Shown here: positions 30,117-38,527 of the stretch, one piece after another | Layout: each line of letters begins with the position of its first letter | How positions within the stretch are numbered: position 1 is the stretch's first letter | Source: Myxococcales bacterium | GTDB taxonomy: Bacteria > Myxococcota > Myxococcia > Myxococcales > Anaeromyxobacteraceae | DNA length: 64,000 nucleotides | Reading direction: 5' to 3' | Assembly (NCBI GenBank): GCA_038320275.1 | Contig: JBBQEB010000002.1 | Location: forward strand, 1-64,000 | The notes under the pieces: generated by a model | Seen by the model: only the letters and a program-made list of their open reading frames with translations | What the model was told of the DNA's origin: nothing | The model's database searches: none | Translations under genes and position numbers: made by a program

Positions 30117-31097
30117 GTGTCGCGCTCCGCCTCCCGCGGTCGATTCGCGCCCAGCCCCACCGGGCCTCTCCACCTCGGAAACGCGCGCACCGCCCTGCTC
30201 GCATGGCTCGCGGCGCGCGCAGCCGGAGCCTCTTTCATCGTCAGGGTGGAGGACCTCGATCGCCCGCGCGTGCGGCCGGGCATGGAGGCGCGCGCGCTGG
30301 CCGAGCTTCGCTGGCTGGGGCTCGATTGGGACGAAGGGCCGGACGTGGGGGGACCCTCGGCCCCCTACCGCCAGTCGGAGCGGGCCGCCGCCTACCGGGC
30401 CGCCCTGGACGCGCTGCGCGAGCGGGGGCTCGCCTATCCCTGCTTCTGCTCGCGCGCGGAGATCGCGGCCGCCGCCGGCGCGCCGCACGGGCCGTCCGAG
30501 GATGGGCCCCGCTATCCGGGCACGTGCTCCGAGTCGTCGCCCGCGGAGGTGCGCCGGCGCTCCGCCTCCCGCCCCCCGGCCTGGCGCTTCAGGGTGGGGA
30601 CCCGACCGGTCGCCTTCGACGACCGCGTGCACGGCAGGTGCAGCTTCGACGTGGCCGGCTCGACCGGCGATTTCGTGCTCGCCCGCGGCGACGGGGTTGC
30701 GGCGTACCAGCTCGCAGTGGTGGTGGACGACGCCGCCATGAAGATCGGCGAGGTGGTCCGCGGCGACGACCTCCTGCCCTCCACCGCGCGTCAGCTCCTG
30801 CTCTACGAGGCGCTGGGCATGCCGCCGCCCCGCTTCGCCCACGTGCCGCTCGTCGTGAGCGACGACGGGGAGCGGCTGGCGAAGCGGCACGGGGCCCAGT
30901 CGCTGGGAGAGCTGCGGGCGGCCGGCGCCGATCCGGGTCTGGTGGTCGGGCTCCTGGCGAGCCTCTCCGGGCTGGCGGCCCCGGGCGCCCGCGCGAGCCC
31001 CGCCGCTCTCGTCCCTGGCTTCGACCTGGGGCGGCTGCCGCGGGGGCCGGCGACGCTCCGGCGAGAGCTCCTCGCCGCCATTACCCCTCGGCCGTGA
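30117..31097 (+). CDS. gluQ: Glutamyl-Q tRNA(Asp) synthetase (alternative start at 30099)
   Basis: GRFAPSPTGPLHLGN, YPCFCSR...YPGTC, YQLAVVVDD, LAKR; no anticodon-binding domain. Confidence 0.9.
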   Translation: MSRSASRGRFAPSPTGPLHLGNARTALLAWLAARAAGASFIVRVEDLDRPRVRPGMEARALAELRWLGLDWDEGPDVGGPSAPYRQSERAAAYRAALDALRERGLAYPCFCSRAEIAAAAGAPHGPSEDGPRYPGTCSESSPAEVRRRSASRPPAWRFRVGTRPVAFDDRVHGRCSFDVAGSTGDFVLARGDGVAAYQLAVVVDDAAMKIGEVVRGDDLLPSTARQLLLYEALGMPPPRFAHVPLVVSDDGERLAKRHGAQSLGELRAAGADPGLVVGLLASLSGLAAPGARASPAALVPGFDLGRLPRGPATLRRELLAAITPRP

Positions 31098-31663
31098 AGC
31101 TCCTCCGCTCCGCCACCGACCCGCGCTGGGCCGCGGTGGCCCTCGCCGACCTCGACCGCACGCTGGGCGACCACGCGCACTGCGAGAAGAAGGCGGCAGC
31201 CACCGCCATGAAGCTCGTCGCCGACGCGAACCGCGAGCCCGACCTCGTCCGCAGCCTCGCGCGCCTGGCGCAGGAGGAGCAGCAGCACTTCCTCGCCGTG
31301 CTGGTCGAGCTGGGCCGCCGGGGGGTGTTCCTCCCGCCCGATGGGGGCGATCCCTACGCGCAGGAGCTCCTCGCCAAGGTGCGCTCCGGGCCGGCGAGGC
31401 TCCTCGACCGGCTGCTCGTCTGCGCGCTCATCGAGGGCCGGAGCTGCGAGCGGCTGGGGCTCCTCGGCGAGGCGCTCCCACCGGGCCGGCTGAAGGATCT
31501 GTACCTGAAGCTGGCCGCCGCGGAAGCCGGCCACGAGCGGCTCTTCGTCGACCTCGCGCTGCGGAGGGGGCCGGAGCCGGAGGTGCGCGCCCGCCTCGAC
31601 GCCCTCGCGGACGAGGAGGCGCGCATCGTGGCCCGGCTGCCGCTGCTCCCGAGGATTCACTAG
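31094..31663 (+). CDS. miaE: tRNA-(ms2io6A) hydroxylase MiaE-like di-iron protein
   Basis: DHAHCEKKAA, EEQQHF, LIEGRSCER, EAGH. Confidence 0.88.
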   Translation: MKLLRSATDPRWAAVALADLDRTLGDHAHCEKKAAATAMKLVADANREPDLVRSLARLAQEEQQHFLAVLVELGRRGVFLPPDGGDPYAQELLAKVRSGPARLLDRLLVCALIEGRSCERLGLLGEALPPGRLKDLYLKLAAAEAGHERLFVDLALRRGPEPEVRARLDALADEEARIVARLPLLPRIH

Positions 31664-31736
31664 GGTCGGGGTCGAGGTCGTGGTCGTGGTCGCGGTCGTG
31701 GTCGGGTCGCGGTCGGGTGGTGGTCGGGTGGTCGGG
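31664..31736. repeat. Imperfect tandem hexamer repeat (GGTCGN)n
   Basis: GGTCGG GGTCGA GGTCGT GGTCGT GGTCGC GGTCGT... starting right after the miaE stop. Confidence 0.85.
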
Positions 31737-31776
31737 CCAGCATCACTCGCGCCAACCGGATATGTTGCCGTTCACC

Positions 31777-32079
31777 ATGCTCACTCCCCGGAACTTCACC
31801 CGCGTGGGCGCGTACGCGGCCCTGGCGCTGTACTTCGCGGTGGGGCTCATTCCCGCCCAGCAGTTCGGTGGCTACGCGGGGATCCTCCTCGCGCAGGGGA
31901 TCTTCGGGACGCCGGTTCGGTCGACGCTCCCGGTCCATGCCCTCGTCCTGTTCGGCCGGCTCCTCGGCGCGGTGGGCGTCAGCGGTCTCTTCGCGGTGGG
32001 CGGGGCGATCGTGGGCGCCGCCGCCTGGGGCGTCGCGAAGCCGTTCCTGCGCCGGGCTCCGCTTCACGAAGAGGGCTGA
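31777..32079 (+). CDS. Hypothetical membrane protein (alternative start at 31762)
   Basis: Hydrophobic Gly-rich ORF with GC3-biased codons. Confidence 0.6.
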   Translation: MLTPRNFTRVGAYAALALYFAVGLIPAQQFGGYAGILLAQGIFGTPVRSTLPVHALVLFGRLLGAVGVSGLFAVGGAIVGAAAWGVAKPFLRRAPLHEEG

Positions 32080-32098
32080 ACAGCACCGCCGCGCGGGC

Positions 32099-33211
32099 TC
32101 ACACCGCCGTGCCCAGGGCGGCCGCCAGCGTTTCGCGCAGGTAGCGCGCCGCCAGCGAGAGGGTGCGCGCGGGCTCGCCGTCGCCGTGGGCCAGGGGCGG
32201 TGCCACCTCCATCACGTCGCCGCCGGCGAGACCCACCTCGGCCCCCAGCCTGCGCACCAGCTCGGAGACGAAGGACGATGGCAAGCCGTCCTCCTCCGGG
32301 GTGCCGGTGGCGGCGGCCTCCGCCTCGTCGGTGCCGTCGATGTCGTTGGACAAGTACACCTGCGATGCGCCCGAGGCGCGCACCGCCGCGAGCACCGCCT
32401 CCAGCGCGCGGGCGGGATCGGCGCGGACCTCCTCCGCCCACACCTGCCGCACGCCGAGCAGCGCCTCCCAGTACGGGCGGGGATGGCGCGAGGCGCGCAC
32501 GCCCACCTGGACCAGCCGCCCGCCGCGCCCGAGGAGGTCGTTCGCGTGGAAGGACCAGGTGCCGTAGCAGTAGCGGACGCCCAGCCGCTCCTCGAGGAGG
32601 TCGGTGTGCGCGTCGATCTGAACCATGCCCAGCCCCGGGCGCGCGGAGGCGAGCGCCCTCACCACTGGCAGCGCACAGGAGTGATCGCCCCCCAGCGCGA
32701 GGAGCTTCGCGCCCGGCGCCAGGCGCAGCAAGAGCTCGCAGGCGCGCTCCGCCATGGACAGCGGCGAGACGGGGAGGCGATCGCGCTCGCCGGGCGGCCC
32801 CCCGGGGCAGATGGCGGCGCGGGTGGCGAGCTTCTGCGCGTCGGAGAGCATGTCGTCGTGGAGGAGCTGCGGGACGACGAAGACGTCGCCCACGTCCACC
32901 ATCCCTGCCTTCGCGGCGCGGGCGAAGAAGGCGGGGTCCTCGTCCAGGAGCCGCTCGCGAATGGACTGCGGCCCCATGTTGGCGCCGCGCAGGAAGCCCG
33001 CGCCCACGTCGGAGGGGATTCCCAGGAGGAGCGCGCGGGCAGAGGGCACGCGCCCGAGCGCCTCCCGCCAGCGCGCGGCCACCTCGTTCTCGTCCGCGCC
33101 GCCGTAGATGCGCCGCTGCACCGCGAGCTGCTCCGCGCGCCCGGTGGAGACGACGTAGAGCCCTCCTGCGGCCGGGCGCAGCAGGAGCGTGAGCTCCTCG
33201 AGCGCGGTCAT
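32099..33211 (-). CDS. Arginase/agmatinase (ureohydrolase) family protein
   Basis: GGDHS, DAHTD, SNDIDGTD, EVAP. Confidence 0.9.
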   Translation of the reverse strand: MTALEELTLLLRPAAGGLYVVSTGRAEQLAVQRRIYGGADENEVAARWREALGRVPSARALLLGIPSDVGAGFLRGANMGPQSIRERLLDEDPAFFARAAKAGMVDVGDVFVVPQLLHDDMLSDAQKLATRAAICPGGPPGERDRLPVSPLSMAERACELLLRLAPGAKLLALGGDHSCALPVVRALASARPGLGMVQIDAHTDLLEERLGVRYCYGTWSFHANDLLGRGGRLVQVGVRASRHPRPYWEALLGVRQVWAEEVRADPARALEAVLAAVRASGASQVYLSNDIDGTDEAEAAATGTPEEDGLPSSFVSELVRRLGAEVGLAGGDVMEVAPPLAHGDGEPARTLSLAARYLRETLAAALGTAV

Positions 33212-34842
33212 GCGGCGCCGGCCCGCGGAGCGCGCCGCCGGGTGGCCGGGAGCTCCGGCGACGCGGTGAACGTGAGGGCGCCCCAGCCCCGGACCAGCTC
33301 CACGAGCGTGCGCACCGCCACGCCGGTGCCGCCCTTCGTCCGGTAGCCGCGCTCCTTCGCGCTGCGAGACGGGCCCGCGATGTCGAGGTGGGCCCAGGGC
33401 GTCTCGCCCACGAAGCGGTGCAGGAAGTGGGCGGCGGCGATCGCGGCCCCCGGCCGCTCCCCTGCGTTGCGAAGGTCGGCGACCGCGCTCTCCAGCGTCT
33501 CCTTCACCGAGGGGGTGAGCGGAAGCCGCCACACGTCCTCGCCCGCCGCGCGCGCGGCCGCCAGCACCCGATCGATCATCGGCCCATCCGGCCCGAAGGC
33601 GCCGGCGGTGGTGTGGCCGAGGGCGACGATGCACGCGCCGGTGAGGGTCGCCACGTCGACGATGCCCGCCGGCTGCAGCGTGTCCACCGCCCAGGCCAGC
33701 ACGTCGCCCAGCACGAGCCGCCCCTCGGCGTCGGTGTTGGTGATCTCCACCGTGGTGCCGTCGTAGGCGGTGAGCACGTCGCTCGGCTTGTAGGCGCGGC
33801 CGCCCGGCATGTTCTCGCAGGCGCCGAACAGCGCGCACACCGGAAAGGGCGGTCGAAGCTCGGCCACCACGCGCATGGCCGCGAGCACCGCCGCGCTCCC
33901 CGCCATGTCGGTGTTCATCGTCACCATGCTGTCGGCGGGCTTCAGCGAGAGCCCTCCCGAGTCGAAGGTGATGGCCTTCCCCACCAGCACGAGCGGCCTC
34001 GGCCCCGCGCTGTGGGCCGCCTTCCCGCGGCCTCGGCCCGCACCGTGGCCGTGGCCGCGCGCACCGCGCGGCTCCCAGCTCAGCTTCACCAGCTTGGGCT
34101 TCTCCGCCGAGCCGCGCGTCACGCCGGCGAACATCCCCATGCCGAGCGCCTCGATCTCCTTGCGGCCGTGCACCTCGCAGCGCAGGCCGGCCTCCTTCGC
34201 CAGCGCCTCGGCCGCCTCGGCGAGCCGGGCCGGGGTGCAGTGCACCGGAGCCTCGTTCACGAGGTCGCGCGCGAAGCTCACCGCCCCGGCGACGGAAGAC
34301 CCGAGCCGCGCCTCGGCGCGGACCTCTTCGGACGCCGCGGCGTCCCCGGAAGCCACCACCACCACCGCCCCGAGCGGCGGCTTCGCCTCGGCGCGCGCGC
34401 GGTAGCGCTCGAAGCGGTACGCGCCGAGAAGAGCCCCCTCCACCGCCGCGCGCGCCGCGACCTTCGCGTCGAGCTCCGGGGGAAGCCAAGCGCCCAGCCG
34501 CGCCAGCCCCGCCGCGCGGGCGGCGCGGCCCGCCTTGCCCATCGCCATCCGGAGCGGCTCGCCCCCGTGCGCAGCTGCCTCGATGCCCTTCGCCCGCGGC
34601 CCCAGCCCGAGCAGGGCGAGGCGCCTCGCCGGGAGCTTTCCGAGGGTGAAGACCTGCAAGACCTGGCCGGCCTTGCCCGTGAATCCATCCTCGGCCGCGG
34701 CCGAGAACAGGTGCCCGTCCAGCGCCGCGTCGAGCGGGCCGAGGCGCCCGCCCGAGGCGAGGTCCTCCTCGAACAGCGGGACGGCCAGGAGATCCACCGC
34801 CAGTCCCAGCGCGTCCGCGTCCGTGAGCTCCACCGCCGCCAT
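33208..34842 (-). CDS. pepA: Leucyl aminopeptidase (M17)
   Basis: VGKAITFDSGGLSLKP, NTDAEGRL, ATLTGA, WAHLDIAG. Confidence 0.93.
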   Translation of the reverse strand: MAAVELTDADALGLAVDLLAVPLFEEDLASGGRLGPLDAALDGHLFSAAAEDGFTGKAGQVLQVFTLGKLPARRLALLGLGPRAKGIEAAAHGGEPLRMAMGKAGRAARAAGLARLGAWLPPELDAKVAARAAVEGALLGAYRFERYRARAEAKPPLGAVVVVASGDAAASEEVRAEARLGSSVAGAVSFARDLVNEAPVHCTPARLAEAAEALAKEAGLRCEVHGRKEIEALGMGMFAGVTRGSAEKPKLVKLSWEPRGARGHGHGAGRGRGKAAHSAGPRPLVLVGKAITFDSGGLSLKPADSMVTMNTDMAGSAAVLAAMRVVAELRPPFPVCALFGACENMPGGRAYKPSDVLTAYDGTTVEITNTDAEGRLVLGDVLAWAVDTLQPAGIVDVATLTGACIVALGHTTAGAFGPDGPMIDRVLAAARAAGEDVWRLPLTPSVKETLESAVADLRNAGERPGAAIAAAHFLHRFVGETPWAHLDIAGPSRSAKERGYRTKGGTGVAVRTLVELVRGWGALTFTASPELPATRRRAPRAGAA

Positions 34843-34955
34843 GATCCGCCCCCTTGTCCGGCCGTGATCTGCCGGGACCCGCCGGCCCGCGCTCTTGCGC
34901 AGACCAGAAGCGGCCAGGCTTCAGAAGCCCGACCGCTCGCGCGCAGGCGATGCTT

Positions 34956-36896
34956 CTAGCGCCGGCGGCGCCGCGCCGCGATGGCGGCGAACACCCCCAG
35001 CACTGCGAACATCTCGGCGCCCGTGCCGGCGGAGCAGCCGGTGGCGAGCACGACGTGCTTCCTGGGGAGTGGGCCGCTGCCGCTCGCTCCGGAGGTCGTG
35101 CCGCCGGTCGTGCCCGCGCCAATGCCCGCGCCCGCGTCTGCGGTCGCCGTCGGCGGAAGGGCGGGGGTGGCGGTCCCGGTGGTGCCGGCGGTGGCACCGC
35201 CCGCGGAGCCGGTGTCCGGCCCGCTCGTCGGGACCGGCGCCGGGGGGCTCCAGAGCTTCCCGGTCAGCTCGAGGATGCGGTGCGCGATCTGCTCCCGGGC
35301 GGCGAGCAGGTCGCCCACGGAGGGCTGCGTCCAGGCGTTGGGGAAGAGGCGGGAGGCGATCCCGAAGGCGAGGCCCGGGTCGCCCGCATCGACGAGCAGC
35401 TTCAGATATTCGTAGTCCTGCATGCCCGCGCGGATCATCTTCATGCGCAGCGAGGCGACGGGGATGTCGGTGGAGCCGCCGATGCGCCAGGCGTTGCCCG
35501 GGTAGAAGAGCGTGCCGTCGCCGTTGCCCCCGAAGCGCCACTGGTCGCTCCAGGGATCACCGGCGAAGGCCATGGTGGTCTCGAAGTAGAGCTCGCCGGT
35601 GGCGCGATGGAGGAAAGACAGCCACTCCATGGCACGGTTGCGCACCGCCGAGGCGTCCACGGCATAGCTGGCCCACCCGCCGAAGTAGTCGCTCGTGGTG
35701 TTGCAGCCGTGGCTCATGCAGCTCTGGTAGGTCCAGAGCTCCTTGCGCGAGCCCGACAGGAACCCGTCGTACTTGCTCCGCTGCGCTCCCGCGTACGGCA
35801 GGGACGGCTTGTCGTCCATGTAGTTCAGCACCGGCGCCAGCACGTCCACAGCCCAGGTCACGCCGTGCGCGTCGGCATGGGTGATGTCGGTGGTGACGAG
35901 GGTGCGGAACTCGGGGTCAGCCGACTTCGCCAGGTTGCTCCGCCACCCGATGTCGTCCCAGTCGCAGGTGAGGGGAGGCTCGTCGCAGGTGTAGTCGAAG
36001 AGCCGGTCGAACCACCCGCGCGCCCGGAAGAACGACGCCCAGGTCCGGTGGTCGCCCTGGTTCATGCCGCCGAGGAACTGGACCGAGGTGACCTGCGCCC
36101 CCTGGAGCTGCGTGGGGGCATAGCCGTCGATGAGGCCGCCGAAGGTCCGCTGGAAGTGGTCGAGGTCGTGGTTGCCGTCGTCCATCGCGCCCAGCGTGAT
36201 GCGGTGGTCGAGGGCGAGCTGCCCGTAGCGCGCGCGCAGGCCCGAAAGCGCCTCGCCCTGTACCTGGTGCGCCTGGACGAGCGTCCCGTAGGCGAGCCCG
36301 AAGTGGCTCTTCAGCGACGAGGTGGAGGGCAGGGCGAAGTCCCACACTTTGCTCGAGACCGGGATGGTGGTGTCGCCGTCCGAGGCGTGCACCACCACGT
36401 TTCCCCCGTACGCGCCCGGCGGCGCATTGCGGGGCACGTGGTACTCGACCCAGACCATGCGCGTCTGGCCCGCGGGCACGTCGAAGGGGAACGCGTTGCG
36501 CTTCTCGCCCACCACGTCGTCCACGTCCGGCACCAGCGGATCGGGGGCACCTCCCGTGTAGCCGTCCGGCCCCGACCGGTTCGACAGCCACAGGAGCTCC
36601 TCCCGGAAGAGCTTGGGAGGGGGGATGAGGCCCGGCCCCTCCAGGCCCGTGGCTGAGACCGAGACGCCGTAGGCGGGTCCGACCACCGCCACCTGCACCG
36701 CCTCGAACTCGTTCTTGGCCGCCGAGAAGGACGCCGGGGTGAAGGGGCGCGGCTCCGTCCAGGGGCCGATCTTCTCCGCGGACGAGGCGACCCAGACGCT
36801 GGCAGCTCGGGCGGTGAGGGGGGCCGTGAGCGCGAAGGCGACGAGCGCGGTGAGCACCTTGGACGGCGACCTCGGGCGGGGGCAATGAATGGTCAA
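34956..36896 (-). CDS. Secreted DUF4091/GH123-like glycoside hydrolase with a MYXO-CTERM-like anchor
   Basis: AAKNEFEAVQ, DEP, GNGDGTLFYPG, SLRMKMIRAGMQDYEYL; Thr/Gly linker; GCSAG-TM-RRRRR tail; start uncertain (TTG after AGGAG). Confidence 0.75.
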   Translation of the reverse strand: MTIHCPRPRSPSKVLTALVAFALTAPLTARAASVWVASSAEKIGPWTEPRPFTPASFSAAKNEFEAVQVAVVGPAYGVSVSATGLEGPGLIPPPKLFREELLWLSNRSGPDGYTGGAPDPLVPDVDDVVGEKRNAFPFDVPAGQTRMVWVEYHVPRNAPPGAYGGNVVVHASDGDTTIPVSSKVWDFALPSTSSLKSHFGLAYGTLVQAHQVQGEALSGLRARYGQLALDHRITLGAMDDGNHDLDHFQRTFGGLIDGYAPTQLQGAQVTSVQFLGGMNQGDHRTWASFFRARGWFDRLFDYTCDEPPLTCDWDDIGWRSNLAKSADPEFRTLVTTDITHADAHGVTWAVDVLAPVLNYMDDKPSLPYAGAQRSKYDGFLSGSRKELWTYQSCMSHGCNTTSDYFGGWASYAVDASAVRNRAMEWLSFLHRATGELYFETTMAFAGDPWSDQWRFGGNGDGTLFYPGNAWRIGGSTDIPVASLRMKMIRAGMQDYEYLKLLVDAGDPGLAFGIASRLFPNAWTQPSVGDLLAAREQIAHRILELTGKLWSPPAPVPTSGPDTGSAGGATAGTTGTATPALPPTATADAGAGIGAGTTGGTTSGASGSGPLPRKHVVLATGCSAGTGAEMFAVLGVFAAIAARRRRR

Positions 36897-37516
36897 GGCG
36901 GCGACTCTCCTCGTCTCGGGTCCGTGGGTGCGGTCTCGCTGTCCTCGCGAACCCCCTGCCGTCACCCGGGTGTCCTTCTGGCACGGCGCGGGCTAGGCGA
37001 ACAGCAGCCGAGCAAGCAGGCGACAAGGTAGGCTCGGGTGAGCACAAGTGCGCAGAAGACGTGGGAATTTGCGCCAAATGGGTGCCGTACGGCGAGAGCG
37101 GATCACCGGGACCTCACGTTGACCTACGGTGAATACCGGCGCGGCGATGCAGCGCGGGGCGGGGCTGCTTCCGACGCTATCGGACCGATCTCGCCTGATG
37201 CCAGCCGATTTCGCGGGATCGAGGTCGAGCCCTCGGCCGCTCGCCGCATGTCGCACACCCTCCACCGCCCGGACGAACGCATCCGACGACGTGGAGAGTC
37301 GCTTCCGTTCGGACGGCCGTGCAGCCGAGCGGCCGCCACGGGTGAGGCTCTATCGGGCGTGCGACAGGTCGCCTCACCCCGGCAGGGCAGAGAGCACCCC
37401 GACGACGTTCAGCGCCGCTCAGCCTGGCGAAGTCATACCACCTCGACGCACAGCGCCATCGCACTGGGTGTGAAAGTTCGACCGTCGGAGCAGCCGTCGC
37501 CGCGTGGATCGAGCGC

Positions 37517-37882
37517 TCAGGAAACGGGATTCGTGCCGTGCGTGACCGTCACCACGGTGTGGATGCCGCCGCGAACCAGGTAGTCGCCGGTGACCTCCAG
37601 GAAGCGCGGTGCCAGCGCGCGGACGAGGTCATCGCAGATGCGGTTCGTCACCGCCTCGTGGAAGGTGCCCACGTCGCGGAAGGACCAGAGGTAGAGCTTC
37701 AGGCTCTTCAGCTCCACGCAGAGCTCCGACGGCACGTATCGGATGTGGATGGTGCCGAAGTCGGGCTGCCCCGTCTTGGGGCAGACGCAGGTGAACTCGG
37801 GGCAGTCCATCGCGATGAGGTACGGCCGCTCGAGGTTGGGATTCGGGAAGGTGTCGAGGGCGCGCGAAGGCTGGGAGGGCAT
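37517..37882 (-). CDS. queF: NADPH-dependent preQ0 reductase (type I)
   Basis: [28 protein letters not shown]. Confidence 0.95.
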   Translation of the reverse strand: MPSQPSRALDTFPNPNLERPYLIAMDCPEFTCVCPKTGQPDFGTIHIRYVPSELCVELKSLKLYLWSFRDVGTFHEAVTNRICDDLVRALAPRFLEVTGDYLVRGGIHTVVTVTHGTNPVS

Positions 37883-38003
37883 GTCTCCTTCTTACCGCAG
37901 CGTGTGATCCGGGTCTGTCGCCTCTACCGGCGCCCGCCTGAAAAAAGGTCAGCCTGTCGCGGCCGCCTGCGACGCTTCGCGCTCTGGCAGGCGCGTCCGG
38001 CGG

Positions 38004-38019
38004 CGGTCCGCTCCTTGCT
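38004..38019 (+). promoter_or_regulatory. Putative sigma54 -24/-12 promoter
   Basis: CGGTCCGCTCCTTGCT (GG-N10-GC with TTGC), upstream of an AAGGAG RBS and ATG 38051. Confidence 0.5.
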
Positions 38020-38050
38020 TTGACCGTTGGGAAACCAAGGAGCCGACTCC

Positions 38051-38233
38051 ATGAAGAACCGCCACGTCGCGCAGCTTCCCCGGCGCATCGTCACCACCCT
38101 CGGGGACCTCATCTCCGCAGCCTACGACGCGGCAGAAGCGTTGGGGCGGAACCCGCTGGAAGGTGCGGCCGCCATCCTGACCCAGTCGCCGCTGGCGCGC
38201 CGCATGTCGAAGCAGGTCGAGCTCGTCCGGTAG
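38051..38233 (+). CDS. Small hypothetical protein (60 aa)
   Basis: Strong RBS; MKNRHVAQLPRRIVTTLGDLISAAYDAA... Confidence 0.7.
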   Translation: MKNRHVAQLPRRIVTTLGDLISAAYDAAEALGRNPLEGAAAILTQSPLARRMSKQVELVR

Positions 38234-38262
38234 GGCCCGCGCCCGTCCTACCGAGAAGCGGC

Positions 38263-38517
38263 TCAGCCGGTGCGCGGTCCGGCCCGCGGTCCGGCGCCCG
38301 GCCCGTCCGGGTCGCCGCGCTCGCGAGCGAAGGCGAGCCCGAACAACGCGAAGACGGCGCCCAGAGCCAGCACGCCCGCCACCGCGGCCCAGGACCGAGA
38401 GGCGACCCCGGCGATGGCCGCCGCCCCGAGGTCGCTCGCCACGATGAAGGGGACCAGCCAGCGCACGGCGCGGGCCCGCACCCGCTCCAGCTCCTCGGGT
38501 CGTCCGGAGGTGCTCAT
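38263..38517 (-). CDS. Small two-TM hypothetical protein
   Basis: Follows the OPT gene; two hydrophobic segments. Confidence 0.55.
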   Translation of the reverse strand: MSTSGRPEELERVRARAVRWLVPFIVASDLGAAAIAGVASRSWAAVAGVLALGAVFALFGLAFARERGDPDGPGAGPRAGPRTG

Positions 38518-38527
38518 CGCCCGGCGC

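Noticed and set aside
31664..31736. CRISPR array
   Set aside because: Hexamer tandem units with no spacers and no cas genes.
37883..37960. preQ1 riboswitch upstream of queF
   Set aside because: No recognisable P1 stem or A-rich 3' tail.
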